Assembly (NCBI RefSeq): GCF_026000115.1
Contig: NZ_AP026867.1
Coordinates: 2,777,716-2,841,715, forward strand
Origin: Aureispira anguillae
GTDB taxonomy: Bacteria > Bacteroidota > Bacteroidia > Chitinophagales > Saprospiraceae
Reading direction: 5' to 3'
Length of the DNA stretch: 64,000 nucleotides
The notes below the pieces were generated by a model. That model was given only the letters and a program-made list of their open reading frames with translations, ran no database searches and was not told the origin of the DNA. Position numbers and translations under genes: made by a program. Of this stretch, positions 1 to 9,410 are shown in pieces. Every line of letters starts with the position of its first letter. The first letter of the stretch is position 1.

Positions 1-3000
1 GAAAAAGCAAACATCCTACAACATTGGTTAGCAGGCGGTGAGCCTAGCAATACTGGTGACCATATTGTTATTGGTCTAGCTAGTTACACTGGTGTTGTTA
101 AATTTGGTTTTTATGCTGCTTCTTCGGTTTCTAACACAGACAACGATGTGTTTATTGACAATTTCTTAGTTACAAACCTTGCTAGCTGTGCTGCTCCTTC
201 TGCTTTAACAGCTTCTAATATCACTACGACTACTGCTGATTTAGCTTGGACAGAAAATGGTACGGCTACTTCTTGGCAAATTGAATATGGTGCACCAGGC
301 TTTACACAAGGTACAGGTACTACTGCTCTTGCTGGAAGCAACCCTCATAACCAAACAGGTTTGATGCCTAGCAGCGATTATCAATTTTATGTTAGAGCGA
401 TTTGTGGTGCTGGTGATACAAGCTCATGGGCTGGTCCATTTAACTTCCAAACGGCTTGTGGTGCTATTGTTGCCCCATGGACTGAATCATTTAGTGGTGG
501 TTTGCCCAACTGTTGGACAGACAGAGGAAACGACGCTTATATCTTTAATACAAGTGCTGCTTATGGTGCTGCTGTTGCTGGTGATTATACCGCTGGTGGA
601 GGTACCAACTATGCATGGGTTGACGGTTCTGGTGCTACTGGAACATTTGATACCTTAACAACTCCTCTGATTGATATTTCGGGACTAGCTACACCGCACT
701 TGTGCTTTGGTTTGTTTAGTAACAACACCAATGATGCAGGCAACAACACCATTATGATCGAATTCTTTGATGGTGCTGCTTGGAATCTATTGGCTACGTT
801 CCAACAAAACTTAGGTCCAGCATGGGCTCCACTTAGCTACGATCTTTCTAGCTATACAGTTACAGGTAATACACAAGTAAGATTTATTATCAATACCAAT
901 TCTACAGGTGATGCTTACTACAACGATATTCTAATTGATGATGTCAGCATGAACAATGGAGGTTGTCCTCAGTTCTGTATTGCTCCATCTGCTTTAGGTA
1001 TTGCCAATTTGCTTCAAACTACTGTAGATTTAAATTGGACAGAAAATGGTGCTGCTACTTCTTGGCAAGTAGAATATGGTGCTCAAGGTTTTGCTCAAGG
1101 TTCTGGTACGGCTGTTGTTACAGCGACCAATCCACATAGCTTGACGGGTCTAACCGATAATACTTCTTATGATTTTTATGTTAGAGCGATTTGCGGTGCT
1201 GGTGACTCTAGTTTGTGGGTAGGACCATTTAACTTTACTACACTAGCAAACTGTCCTCTACCGTCTGCTTTAACAGCAACGAATATTACTCCTACTTCTG
1301 CTGATTTAGGTTGGACAGAAAATGGTACCGCTACTTCTTGGCAAGTAGAATATGGTACACAAGGCTTTGCTCAAGGTTCTGGTACTGCTGTTGTTACTGG
1401 AAACAACCCTGAGAACATTACCGCTCTAGCTTCTAATACCAACTATAGCTTTTATGTAAGAGCAATTTGTGGTGCTGGTGATTCTAGTGCTTGGGTTGGG
1501 CCATTTAACTTTGCTACTCCTTGTGCTTTAGTTCCTGGTGATACTCCTGACGATGCGATTATGGTAACTAGCCTTCCATACAGCACAACAGGTAAAACGG
1601 ATTCTTGCTATATGGATTCTAGAGGAAATGCCAGTGCTGATGTTTGGTATCAATATATTCTTGCTCCATGTACCGATTCTTTGACCGTTTCTTTGTGTGG
1701 TTCTGCTTTTGATACTTACCTACGTATTTTTGCAAGCGATACGACCACTCAGATCTTTGCCAACGATGACAATTGTAGCACCCAATCTGAAATTGTAATT
1801 GATGTTACGGCTTCATCGACTATCAACTCTGGTGATACCATCTTTATTTTGGTAGAAGGATACAGTAGTAACGAAGGGGCTTACAACTTGAATATTTCAG
1901 ATGTTATCCAATGTCCTCCTGTTCCTGCTCCACCTTACTACCACATCGACCAAATCAACTCGGTTGATACCAATGGTGTTGCAGATTCTTTAGGCGTAAT
2001 TGCTAGAGTTAGAGGAGTTGTACACTGTATCGATTTTAGAGCAGGTACTGGACTAGAGTTCTTCCTTGCTGAATATAACAATACAGGTATCAAAGTATTT
2101 GATTTTGCTGATGTAAACGGTTATGCTGTTACAGAAGGCGATTCTTTAGAAGTATGGGGAACCGTTAGTCAATTTAATGGGCACTTGCAATTTGATCCTG
2201 ACAGCATTATTGTTGTTTCTTCAGGAAACCCACTAGTAATGCCAACTACTGTTAGTCAGTTGAGCGAAGCAACAGAAAACAAATTTGTAGACTTCCAAAA
2301 TGCATGGTTAGTAGATCCTGCACAATGGACTGGTTCTGGTTCTGGATTTAATGTAGATGTTACCAATGGTACCGATACTATTGTTGTACGTGTTGACAAT
2401 GCGACCAACTTGTATGCTCAACCAGCACCAACAGGAATGTTTAACATTTCAGGATGGGGCGGTCAGTATGATACCTCTGTTCCTCGCACAGAAGGCTATC
2501 AGTTGTTCCCTTGTGGAATAGCTTCTGTTATGCCAATTGTTATGGACGTAGCAGTAACATCGTTCTTGAACTTAGATTCTACTTATTGTAATGTAGCAGC
2601 TATCTCTGGTTCTGTTATTATTACCAATATGACTTCTAGTGTTGCTACCGACATACCTTATTCAATTACAGCCAATGGTCTTCCATTGAGTGTAGATACG
2701 ATTGCTTCCTTAGCAGGAAATGCGTCTGATACCATCACTGTTGGTCCTATCCCTGCTCTTACTGGAACGGCTTTAGTTCAAGTAACCACTGCTTTGGCAG
2801 GCGATACATCTACTGTTAATGACACCTTAGGAATGATTGTTTCTGTATCGAATACTGCTGCTGCTGCAAGCGCAACAACTACACTTTTGTGTAATGGAGA
2901 TGCTAATGGAATTATTACAGCTACTGGTTCTAATGGTATTGGCAACTATACCTACGCATGGGATTCTACCGCAACAACTGCTGTTCACTCTAACTTAACT

Positions 3001-3795
3001 GCTGGTACCTATACGGTTACAATCACAGATTCTATTGGTTGTTCAGATACTGCTACTGTTATCTTAACAGAGCCTTCAGCTATTGTATTGACGGATTCAA
3101 TTACTAACGTATTGTGTAAAGGTGATTCTACAGGTGCGATCACCCTCGCTGCTACTGGCGGAACTCCTTCTTATACTTTTGCTTGGAGTACTGGTGATAC
3201 CAGCACATCTGCAATGAATCTAGGAGCTGGCACTTATACAATTACCGTTACAGATGCCAATGGTTGTGTAGATAGCATAGCTGCTACTGTTACTCAACCT
3301 GCTACCGCTCTTAATGCATCAATTGTAGACAATGGAGATGGTACGGCTGTTGCTGTTGGTACAGGAGGAACACCTTCTTATACCTTTGCTTGGGATGCTG
3401 CTGCTGGTAACCAAACTACTGATACGGCTACTGCTTTGGTACATAATGGTACTTATGTTGTGACAATTACAGATGCCAATGGTTGTACAGACACTTCTTC
3501 TGTGGTTATTAACTTCATTGGTGTTCAAACCATTGCTAACCTTTCTAGCCTTAACCTATTCCCTAATCCAACTGCTCATAATGCATTTGTAGCGTTGGAT
3601 TTGGTAGAACAAGCTGAGGTTCAGATCAACATCATCAATTCTATTGGTCAAGTTGTTGAAAGCAAAAACTTGGGTACGGTACAATCTGAAACCGTAGAAC
3701 TAAATACTGCTGCTTTGGCTTCTGGTATTTATATGGTTCAATTTAACATTGGACAAGAACAAGTCACTAGAAAGCTTATTATAAGCAAACAATAA
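1..3795 (+). CDS. Giant secreted adhesin-like T9SS cargo protein, 5'-truncated at the window edge (frame open from nt 1). Four FN3-like repeats, a MAM-like domain, SprB-type repeats and a T9SS C-terminal sorting domain.
   Basis: No stop in frame 1 from nt 1 up to the annotated ATG at 148. Repeated 'TENGTATSWQ[IV]EYG...FYVRAICGAGD' modules (FN3-like). 'YYNDILIDDVSM' MAM/LamG-like segment. Repeats 'CNGDANGIITATGSNGIGNYTYAWD', 'TVTITDSIGC' (SprB/CHU-type). C-terminus 'LFPNPTAHNAFVALDL...GIYMVQFNIGQEQVTRKLIISKQ' is typical of a T9SS type-A CTD. Confidence 0.8.
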   Translation, partial: EKANILQHWLAGGEPSNTGDHIVIGLASYTGVVKFGFYAASSVSNTDNDVFIDNFLVTNLASCAAPSALTASNITTTTADLAWTENGTATSWQIEYGAPGFTQGTGTTALAGSNPHNQTGLMPSSDYQFYVRAICGAGDTSSWAGPFNFQTACGAIVAPWTESFSGGLPNCWTDRGNDAYIFNTSAAYGAAVAGDYTAGGGTNYAWVDGSGATGTFDTLTTPLIDISGLATPHLCFGLFSNNTNDAGNNTIMIEFFDGAAWNLLATFQQNLGPAWAPLSYDLSSYTVTGNTQVRFIINTNSTGDAYYNDILIDDVSMNNGGCPQFCIAPSALGIANLLQTTVDLNWTENGAATSWQVEYGAQGFAQGSGTAVVTATNPHSLTGLTDNTSYDFYVRAICGAGDSSLWVGPFNFTTLANCPLPSALTATNITPTSADLGWTENGTATSWQVEYGTQGFAQGSGTAVVTGNNPENITALASNTNYSFYVRAICGAGDSSAWVGPFNFATPCALVPGDTPDDAIMVTSLPYSTTGKTDSCYMDSRGNASADVWYQYILAPCTDSLTVSLCGSAFDTYLRIFASDTTTQIFANDDNCSTQSEIVIDVTASSTINSGDTIFILVEGYSSNEGAYNLNISDVIQCPPVPAPPYYHIDQINSVDTNGVADSLGVIARVRGVVHCIDFRAGTGLEFFLAEYNNTGIKVFDFADVNGYAVTEGDSLEVWGTVSQFNGHLQFDPDSIIVVSSGNPLVMPTTVSQLSEATENKFVDFQNAWLVDPAQWTGSGSGFNVDVTNGTDTIVVRVDNATNLYAQPAPTGMFNISGWGGQYDTSVPRTEGYQLFPCGIASVMPIVMDVAVTSFLNLDSTYCNVAAISGSVIITNMTSSVATDIPYSITANGLPLSVDTIASLAGNASDTITVGPIPALTGTALVQVTTALAGDTSTVNDTLGMIVSVSNTAAAASATTTLLCNGDANGIITATGSNGIGNYTYAWDSTATTAVHSNLTAGTYTVTITDSIGCSDTATVILTEPSAIVLTDSITNVLCKGDSTGAITLAATGGTPSYTFAWSTGDTSTSAMNLGAGTYTITVTDANGCVDSIAATVTQPATALNASIVDNGDGTAVAVGTGGTPSYTFAWDAAAGNQTTDTATALVHNGTYVVTITDANGCTDTSSVVINFIGVQTIANLSSLNLFPNPTAHNAFVALDLVEQAEVQINIINSIGQVVESKNLGTVQSETVELNTAALASGIYMVQFNIGQEQVTRKLIISKQ

Positions 3796-3816
3796 AATAA
3801 GCTAATATCTTTTTTT

Positions 3817-3858
3817 AAGGAAGGCTGTATTCGAAAGAATATGGCCTTCCTTTTTTTA
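3817..3858 (+). terminator. Rho-independent terminator after the first adhesin gene
   Basis: AAGGAAGGC...GCCTTCCTT perfect 9-bp stem followed by TTTTTTTATT. Confidence 0.7.
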
Positions 3859-4123
3859 TTCACGGTATAAGTTAGCAACCAAAAAAAATATTTTTAAAAT
3901 GTCTTTTAAAAATATAAAACCTTCCTTTTCTGTCAAAAAACAAACAAATTCTTGGTTAAATACAAAATAACAAGCCCCCCCATTAAAAAACTTGCCAATA
4001 ATACTTTATCTTTCGACTGTTAAAGAATCTTTAAAAGCCTCCACGCTGCATTTTACAGGAACCTATTACTTAACTAAAATTGTCAACCTCAAAACAATTT
4101 TTATTAAATTAAAAAACGCAACT

Positions 4124-6733
4124 ATGAAAGTCATTTTTACTAGCTGTCTGCTCTTTTTGTTAGCAAGCACATTGACGACTGCCCAAACTGTTTTTTCAGA
4201 AACATTCAATGGCTCAACAACCCCTACTGGATGGACTAATACCGCAACAACAGGAGGTCCTTGGGCATTCAGCACAGGGGCAGGCTATACTGTTTCTACA
4301 ATCCTAGATCACACCAATAATGGTGGTAATTATGCTTGGATTGATTTTTCTGGACCAGATGCTGGGGTTATTTTAGAAACTCCTGTTATTAACGTTTCTA
4401 CACTAACTGTTCCCTATTTAAAGTTTTATTTTGAAAGTCATTATAATGGAAGCCTAGGTACTTACAATTTAATGTACGTAGAAGCATGGGATGGCTCTGC
4501 ATGGGTAACGGTTACCACCCTACAAGGTGATACTGGCTATGGCTGGGATGAGTATGGCTTCAATGTTACTTCTTATGTCTATGGAGGTAGCAACTTAAGA
4601 ATTCGTTTCCGTGGTGAATCTGGAGGTGCTAGCAATGATTATCATAACGACCTTTTGTTAGACGACGTTGAAGTAATGGAAATGCCCACTTGCCCAACGC
4701 CTAATGGTCTATCAGCTGGTAATATCACTGCTACTTCTGCCGATTTTACTTGGACAGAAAATGGTACGGCTACCAACTGGCAAATCGAATATGGTGCTCA
4801 AGGGTTTACTCAGGGTACTGGTACTTCAGTTTTTACTACCAATAACAATCCACACAACCAAACGGGTTTAGCTTCAAGTACAACATTTGACTTGTATGTT
4901 CGTTCCGTTTGTTCTCCTGGTGATACTAGTGCATGGTTTGGTCCTGTTAATTTCACAACGGCTTGTGCTGTAGCTGTAGCTCCATGGTCTGAAAACTTCT
5001 TTGGAGGTAGTACCCCAAACTGTTGGACAGAATCTGGTTCAGAATCTTGGCGCTATAGTACAAATTCAGGATACGCTTCTGCTTCTGCTGGTGACCATAC
5101 TGGCAATGGTGGTAACTATGCTTGGATTGATGGATCTTCTCCTAGTGGTGCTTCTCAAATCAGTACATTAACAAGTCCCCCTGTTGATGTTAGTGGTTTA
5201 GCAGTTCCTTTGCTTTCTTACTGGGTTTTTTCTCATAATCCTGATGACAACACCTATAATACCCTAACGGTTGAAGTTTATGACGGTGCAGCATGGAGTA
5301 CGGTTAATACAGTTAACACGGATCAAGGAAATGGCTGGGTTAATATGATTGTTGGGCTACAGAATTTAACTATAACTGGTCCTGTACAAGTTCGTTTTAC
5401 TATTGCAGAAAACTCTCCAGGTACTGCTTTTTACAATGATATTTTGATTGATGATGTAGAAATCAAAGATGCTCCTAATGTTTCTGCTGATACTTTACTT
5501 GGGCTACAAACACTTTATTGTAGTGCGGCAGTTAATGTAGATTTAGTTATTCGCAACAAATCTGGTAATGCTGAAAATGATGTTCCATGGGCTGTTGAGT
5601 CTAACGGAATGATCATTGCGAGTGGATCTATTGCTACCATGGCTCCTAATAGTGCAGACACAATTCCTTTATTGTTAGGTGGCGTTGGTCCTGCTGGTCC
5701 TAATGCAGTTATTACAGCTTATACTTATTTAGCAGCTGATCAAACCTCTTCGGACGATACATTAACGGCTAGTGTTGGAATGTCTTATACAGGTGTTAAT
5801 GCCAATGTAACCAACCCTGTTGGATGTACTGGTAGCGCCAATGGACAAATTGTATCTGCTGGACATAGCGGAATAGGTGCTTATACTTATTTGTGGGATG
5901 CTGCTGCTGGTAGCCAAACTTCTAGTACGGCATCTGGTTTAGCCGCTGGTACTTATACCCTAACTGTTACAGATTCTATTGGTTGTTCTTCTGTTGCTAC
6001 ACTAACTCTAATAGATCCTCCAACAATGTCATTGAATAGCTCTAGCACAGATCTAACTTGTAATGGGAATAATAGCGGAACAGCTAACGTTACTGCTACA
6101 GGTGGTGTTCCTGGTTATGCTTACCTATGGTCTAATGGTCAAATGAGTAGCCAATTAATGAATGCTGCTGCTGGCACTTATATGGTAACGGTAACCGATG
6201 CCAATGGTTGTGAAATGACCGACTCTGTTACACTAACTGAGCCTACTGTTTTTGGAGCAACTGTTATTGACAATTCTGATGGAACTGCTACAGCTAGTGC
6301 AACTGGAGGAGTAGCTCCTTACACTTATCAATGGGGACCCAATGCAGGCAATCAAACAGGTGCTACAGCTTCTGGTTTGACAACTGGTGGTGTTTACTAT
6401 GTAGTTGTTACAGATGCCAATGGCTGTACAGATGTTGTTTCTTTCCAAGCAATTGTTCTTGATGTAGAAACAATCAATGCAAATACTAACATAAGCATGT
6501 ATCCTAACCCTAGTAGCGGTAATGTTTTTGTTGAATTGAATTTAGTGGAAACCAATGACGTTATCATTAGCATCACTAATGTAACAGGTCAAGTTGTTAT
6601 GACACACCAATTGGGGCAAACTAATTCTAACAAAGTTGAATTAGAAACTACGTCTTTACCAACTGGTATCTACATGGTTCAATTTAATGTAGGTTCTGAG
6701 CAAATAACCAAGAAATTAATTCTTACGAAATAA
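4124..6733 (+). CDS. Secreted adhesin-like T9SS cargo protein, paralog of the previous gene (two MAM-like domains, one FN3, SprB-type repeats, T9SS CTD)
   Basis: Signal peptide 'MKVIFTSCLLFLLASTLTTAQT' at an internal Met (the track ORF starts at 3992, but the signal peptide argues for 4124). 'TENGTATNWQIEYGAQGF', 'FYNDILIDDVEI', 'CTGSANGQIVSAGHSGIGAYTYLWD'. C-terminus 'MYPNPSSGNVFVELNL...GIYMVQFNVGSEQITKKLILTK'. Confidence 0.8.
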   Translation: MKVIFTSCLLFLLASTLTTAQTVFSETFNGSTTPTGWTNTATTGGPWAFSTGAGYTVSTILDHTNNGGNYAWIDFSGPDAGVILETPVINVSTLTVPYLKFYFESHYNGSLGTYNLMYVEAWDGSAWVTVTTLQGDTGYGWDEYGFNVTSYVYGGSNLRIRFRGESGGASNDYHNDLLLDDVEVMEMPTCPTPNGLSAGNITATSADFTWTENGTATNWQIEYGAQGFTQGTGTSVFTTNNNPHNQTGLASSTTFDLYVRSVCSPGDTSAWFGPVNFTTACAVAVAPWSENFFGGSTPNCWTESGSESWRYSTNSGYASASAGDHTGNGGNYAWIDGSSPSGASQISTLTSPPVDVSGLAVPLLSYWVFSHNPDDNTYNTLTVEVYDGAAWSTVNTVNTDQGNGWVNMIVGLQNLTITGPVQVRFTIAENSPGTAFYNDILIDDVEIKDAPNVSADTLLGLQTLYCSAAVNVDLVIRNKSGNAENDVPWAVESNGMIIASGSIATMAPNSADTIPLLLGGVGPAGPNAVITAYTYLAADQTSSDDTLTASVGMSYTGVNANVTNPVGCTGSANGQIVSAGHSGIGAYTYLWDAAAGSQTSSTASGLAAGTYTLTVTDSIGCSSVATLTLIDPPTMSLNSSSTDLTCNGNNSGTANVTATGGVPGYAYLWSNGQMSSQLMNAAAGTYMVTVTDANGCEMTDSVTLTEPTVFGATVIDNSDGTATASATGGVAPYTYQWGPNAGNQTGATASGLTTGGVYYVVVTDANGCTDVVSFQAIVLDVETINANTNISMYPNPSSGNVFVELNLVETNDVIISITNVTGQVVMTHQLGQTNSNKVELETTSLPTGIYMVQFNVGSEQITKKLILTK

Positions 6734-6772
6734 ATTCAATTGCTATTTGTACAATAGCAGATCATACGATAA

Positions 6773-6808
6773 AAACCATTCAAGCTTACGCTTGGATGGT
6801 TTTTTTTT
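6773..6808 (+). terminator. Rho-independent terminator after the second adhesin gene
   Basis: AAACCATTCAAGC ttacg CTTGGATGGTTT stem then TTTTTTTT. Confidence 0.65.
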
Positions 6809-6825
6809 GCCTGATTGGTGACGAC

Positions 6826-6972
6826 CAAAAACAAACGAGCCAATGATGAATGATCACCATTGGCTCGTTTTAATAAAAAAGGAGCAGAAATACACCAGCT
6901 GCTACAACCACCTACCCTTGCTTGCTTTCACACCTGGGGGATTTAATGGGAGCTTGCCATGTATCTCCAACT
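6826..6972 (-). ncRNA. Candidate small RNA, copy A (minus strand): -7 promoter box, ~145-nt body, intrinsic terminator hairpin
   Basis: Minus strand reads ...TTATATTTG (a Bacteroidota TAnnTTTG -7 box at 6980..6987) with a TTG ~22 nt further upstream. The transcript would end in a 13-bp perfect hairpin (AAACGAGCCAATG/CATTGGCTCGTTT, 6833..6880) followed by U-rich sequence. The overlapping + strand ORFs in the two copies are in different frames, so the unit is not coding. Confidence 0.35.
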
Positions 6973-6995
6973 CCGAGTGCAAATATAAGACACTT
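6833..6995. repeat. Copy A of a ~165-bp direct repeat (about 95% identical to copy B)
   Basis: Aligns nearly base-for-base with 7252..7415: 'aaacgagccaatgatgaatgatcaccattggctcgttttaataaaaaaggagcagaaa.acaccagctgctacaaccacctacccttgcttgctttcacacctgggggatttaatgggagcttgccatg.atctccaactccg.gtgcaaatataaga'. Confidence 0.9.
6980..6987 (-). promoter_or_regulatory. Bacteroidota-type -7 promoter element (TATATTTG) for sRNA candidate copy A
   Basis: rc of CAAATATA; conserved in both repeat copies. Confidence 0.35.
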
Positions 6996-7245
6996 TTTCT
7001 ATTTTTGCAATTTCTAATCCTATAATTAGCTTTTTTTTTAATAATAATTTGATTCCCTCTCAAGCTCCATTTCATAAGTAATACACGATCAAGTATTAAG
7101 GCTTTTTTTATTCTGAATTATTTTTTGAAAAAATTTAACTATTTTTCAATCTGGGTAATCTCAGTGCCATTTTACTTCAAACAAACCTCCCTATAACTTC
7201 CGAATATTATCCTTGTTTTCCCTTTTTCTTTCCTTCAAAATTTCT

Positions 7246-7392
7246 AATAAAAAACGAGCCAATGATGAATAATCACCATTGGCTCGTTTTAATAAAAAAG
7301 GAGCAGAAACACACCAGCTGCTACAACCACCTACCCTTGCTTGCTTTCACACCTGGGGGATTTAATGGGAGCTTGCCATGCATCTCCAACTC
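7246..7392 (-). ncRNA. Candidate small RNA, copy B (minus strand)
   Basis: Same architecture as copy A: -7 box TTATATTTG (rc at 7399..7406), hairpin 7252..7289, followed on the minus strand by TTTTTTATT. Confidence 0.35.
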
Positions 7393-7415
7393 CGTGTGCA
7401 AATATAAGATGCTTT
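7252..7415. repeat. Copy B of the ~165-bp direct repeat
   Basis: See copy A. The two copies start 419 bp apart, in the intergenic region between convergent genes. Confidence 0.9.
7399..7406 (-). promoter_or_regulatory. Bacteroidota-type -7 promoter element (TATATTTG) for sRNA candidate copy B
   Basis: rc of CAAATATA; conserved in both repeat copies. Confidence 0.35.
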
Positions 7416-7677
7416 TTCCATTCTAACAAGCTTTCTCCAAAAATAAATTCCTTCCTTTTTACAAGACATTGGCTATCAATATTTATTTTTTTATTTTTTC
7501 TTAAAATTATTTTTCAATTATAATTCAAAGACTTTTTTTCCCATTTATGATAAAATGGAATCGTTTTTTGCTCCTAAACTTAAAGTCTATTTCTTCTATT
7601 TTTTCTAAGGTGTGGCTTTCCCTTTTTAGACTCAAAGTTGATAGAACTATTTTATAAATGCAGTTGTAGTCTTAATC

Positions 7678-8454
7678 TTAAAAAGTTACTCCTAGTCTTA
7701 ATGACAATGCATAAATAGAATTTAGACCAAGTCCTCTATCCTGGATTGTGCAACCAACGTCCATTGTCAAATGGCATTTTTTGGTAGATGGAAAACGGAC
7801 ACCTAAAGATGGACGAGCATAAAAACCTCCTGTTTGATTTCCCCCTGCCCAAAAGTTACCTCCAAGTAAAAAACCATAGCCAATATTTACGTCGTAATAC
7901 ATGCTTGCAGACCCTTTGAAAAAATACCCCCGAACATTGGCATAGGCTGGCATATAAAGCTCGTAAGCTGGTACATTAAAACCAATTCCTGCTCCCACAC
8001 TCAGTAATCTATGAAATTGATAACCGACTACATAGTCAAGACTCAATCCAGAAGGAAGCCCCCCTGATGCACCTAAAAAACGCTCGTTGGAGAACATCAG
8101 CCCTCCCATAATAGAATGGTATATTCCTTTATCTTTTACATGCAATGGGCGTTTTGAATGGATAGTTTTAGTTTTATCGCTCTCCTTTACTTTCTCTTTC
8201 TCTATTTTTATAACCTCTGAGCTATTATAAACTAATATGCTTCCTCCTAAGATTCTAATCTTAATTGTCTTTTTGGGATCATACTCCAAAACTTCTCCTC
8301 GTACAATTTCACCATTTTCCAGATGTACAACATCCTTCATTTCGCTTTGGGCAGACAAATCCAATGCAACCAACAAAGCAAAGCTAAAAATTAACAAGAA
8401 TCGATATATCATTTGTTTTAATTTTTGTGATTGGTCAATAAAAAAGGCAGACAA
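7678..8454 (-). CDS. Small outer-membrane beta-barrel protein with a conserved N-terminal periplasmic domain (tandem paralog 1)
   Basis: Signal peptide. N-terminal domain 'DVVHLENGEIVRGEVLEYDPKKTIKIRILGGSILVYNSSEVIKIEKE'. Glycine/aromatic-rich alternating strands. C-terminal 'LRLGVTF', the terminal Phe typical of an OMP. Confidence 0.65.
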   Translation of the reverse strand: MSAFFIDQSQKLKQMIYRFLLIFSFALLVALDLSAQSEMKDVVHLENGEIVRGEVLEYDPKKTIKIRILGGSILVYNSSEVIKIEKEKVKESDKTKTIHSKRPLHVKDKGIYHSIMGGLMFSNERFLGASGGLPSGLSLDYVVGYQFHRLLSVGAGIGFNVPAYELYMPAYANVRGYFFKGSASMYYDVNIGYGFLLGGNFWAGGNQTGGFYARPSLGVRFPSTKKCHLTMDVGCTIQDRGLGLNSIYALSLRLGVTF

Positions 8455-8498
8455 CCTTGCCTACCCATTATTTTATCTTGTATAAAAGAACAGAGCAA

Positions 8499-9290
8499 CT
8501 AGAAAGTTATCCCTACCCGTAACGAAGGTCTATAAAAAGTTCTTTTTTCGAAAATTGGGTTATTGTTCCAATCTATATATTCATACTCACCAAACTGAAT
8601 TACATAACCAAAATTCAGAAAAACATGAGTTCTTTTGTAAGAAGGAAAACGGACTCCAATAGACGGTCTTAGATACAAACCACCCTTTGCCGTCTGTAAG
8701 TTTCCAATACCACCAAATCCAAACATTTGATCCTTTACGGCAATTCCATATCCTACATCAATTTGGTAGAATAGACTCGCAGAAGATTTCATAAAGTTTC
8801 CTCGGATATTTGCATAAACAGGTACAAAACTATAGCCTCCAAGCCTCATAACTCCGACCCCTCCACCAAGGCCTATTAGGCGATGAAAATGCCAACCAGT
8901 TGTTGTGTTTAAGCTAATTCCTGGTTCAGGAGATCCCCAATCTGAGATTCCCATTAATGTTCCTCCTGCAACAGTATGGTATAAACCGATCCCTGGTCTG
9001 TGGTTGGTACGATCCTTTTTAGCTGTTTTAGAATGGCGAGGAGTTGTATTCTGACTGGCTTCTTTTTCTATTTTAATCACCTTTGAACTCTCATAGACCA
9101 AAACACTCCCCCCATAAATCTTAATCTTAATATTTCCTTTAGGGTCATACTCCATAACCTGTCCTCGTATCACACTCCCATTCTCCAAATAAACAACATC
9201 ATCTTGCGCTTCTTGAGCCCAGCTAACTGTTGTCATCAAACAGATAACAATTAAACTTATCAACCAATTGCTCAATTTATTTTGATTCAT
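8499..9290 (-). CDS. Small outer-membrane beta-barrel protein (tandem paralog 2)
   Basis: 'DVVYLENGSVIRGQVMEYDPKGNIKIKIYGGSVLVYESSKVIKIEKE', ends 'LRVGITF'. Clear paralog of 7678..8454. Confidence 0.65.
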   Translation of the reverse strand: MNQNKLSNWLISLIVICLMTTVSWAQEAQDDVVYLENGSVIRGQVMEYDPKGNIKIKIYGGSVLVYESSKVIKIEKEASQNTTPRHSKTAKKDRTNHRPGIGLYHTVAGGTLMGISDWGSPEPGISLNTTTGWHFHRLIGLGGGVGVMRLGGYSFVPVYANIRGNFMKSSASLFYQIDVGYGIAVKDQMFGFGGIGNLQTAKGGLYLRPSIGVRFPSYKRTHVFLNFGYVIQFGEYEYIDWNNNPIFEKRTFYRPSLRVGITF

Positions 9291-9355
9291 ATATTTTTAT
9301 TTTTCTTATCAATAATCCATCCATTGGTAACTTCTTTTTTACAAAAGAAAAGCAA

Positions 9356-9403
9356 TAGAGATAGGCAAATTGATGCGTTTACCTATCTCTACCCTATTTT
9401 TTT
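9356..9403. terminator. Hairpin terminator between the OMP gene and the beta-propeller gene
   Basis: TAGAGATAGG...CCTATCTCTA 10-bp perfect stem, then CCCTATTTTTTTTAGGG. Confidence 0.5.
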
Positions 9404-9410
9404 TAGGGAT

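Noticed and set aside
389-658. Many short ORFs from the six-frame track nested inside or antisense to large genes (e.g. 389..658, 3319..3528, 4066..4275, 6233..6448, 15579..16124, 20370..20579, 22524..22781, 25789..26078, 31221..32704, 38243..38766, 57041..57569, 58618..59213, 62808..63030)
   Set aside because: Each is wholly overlapped by a longer ORF with clear domain content on the other strand or frame. They are low-complexity with no motifs, so spurious.
6900-6960. Possible resemblance of the repeat body (minus strand 'CCAGGUGUGAAAGCAAGCAAGG') to SRP RNA domain IV ('...GGAAGCAGCCAAGG')
   Set aside because: It is only a short motif match recalled from memory. The element is duplicated, whereas ffs is single-copy, and it lacks a convincing helix-5 closure. 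It should be scanned with the Rfam SRP models before any such claim.
6843-7025. 60-aa ORFs inside each copy of the 165-bp direct repeat (6843..7025 and 7341..7523)
   Set aside because: The two repeat copies are ~95% identical at DNA level but the ORFs are in different frames and give unrelated peptides, so the conserved unit is not protein-coding.
6833-7415. CRISPR array
   Set aside because: There are only two copies of a 165-bp unit, far longer than CRISPR repeats, with no regular repeat-spacer periodicity and no cas genes.
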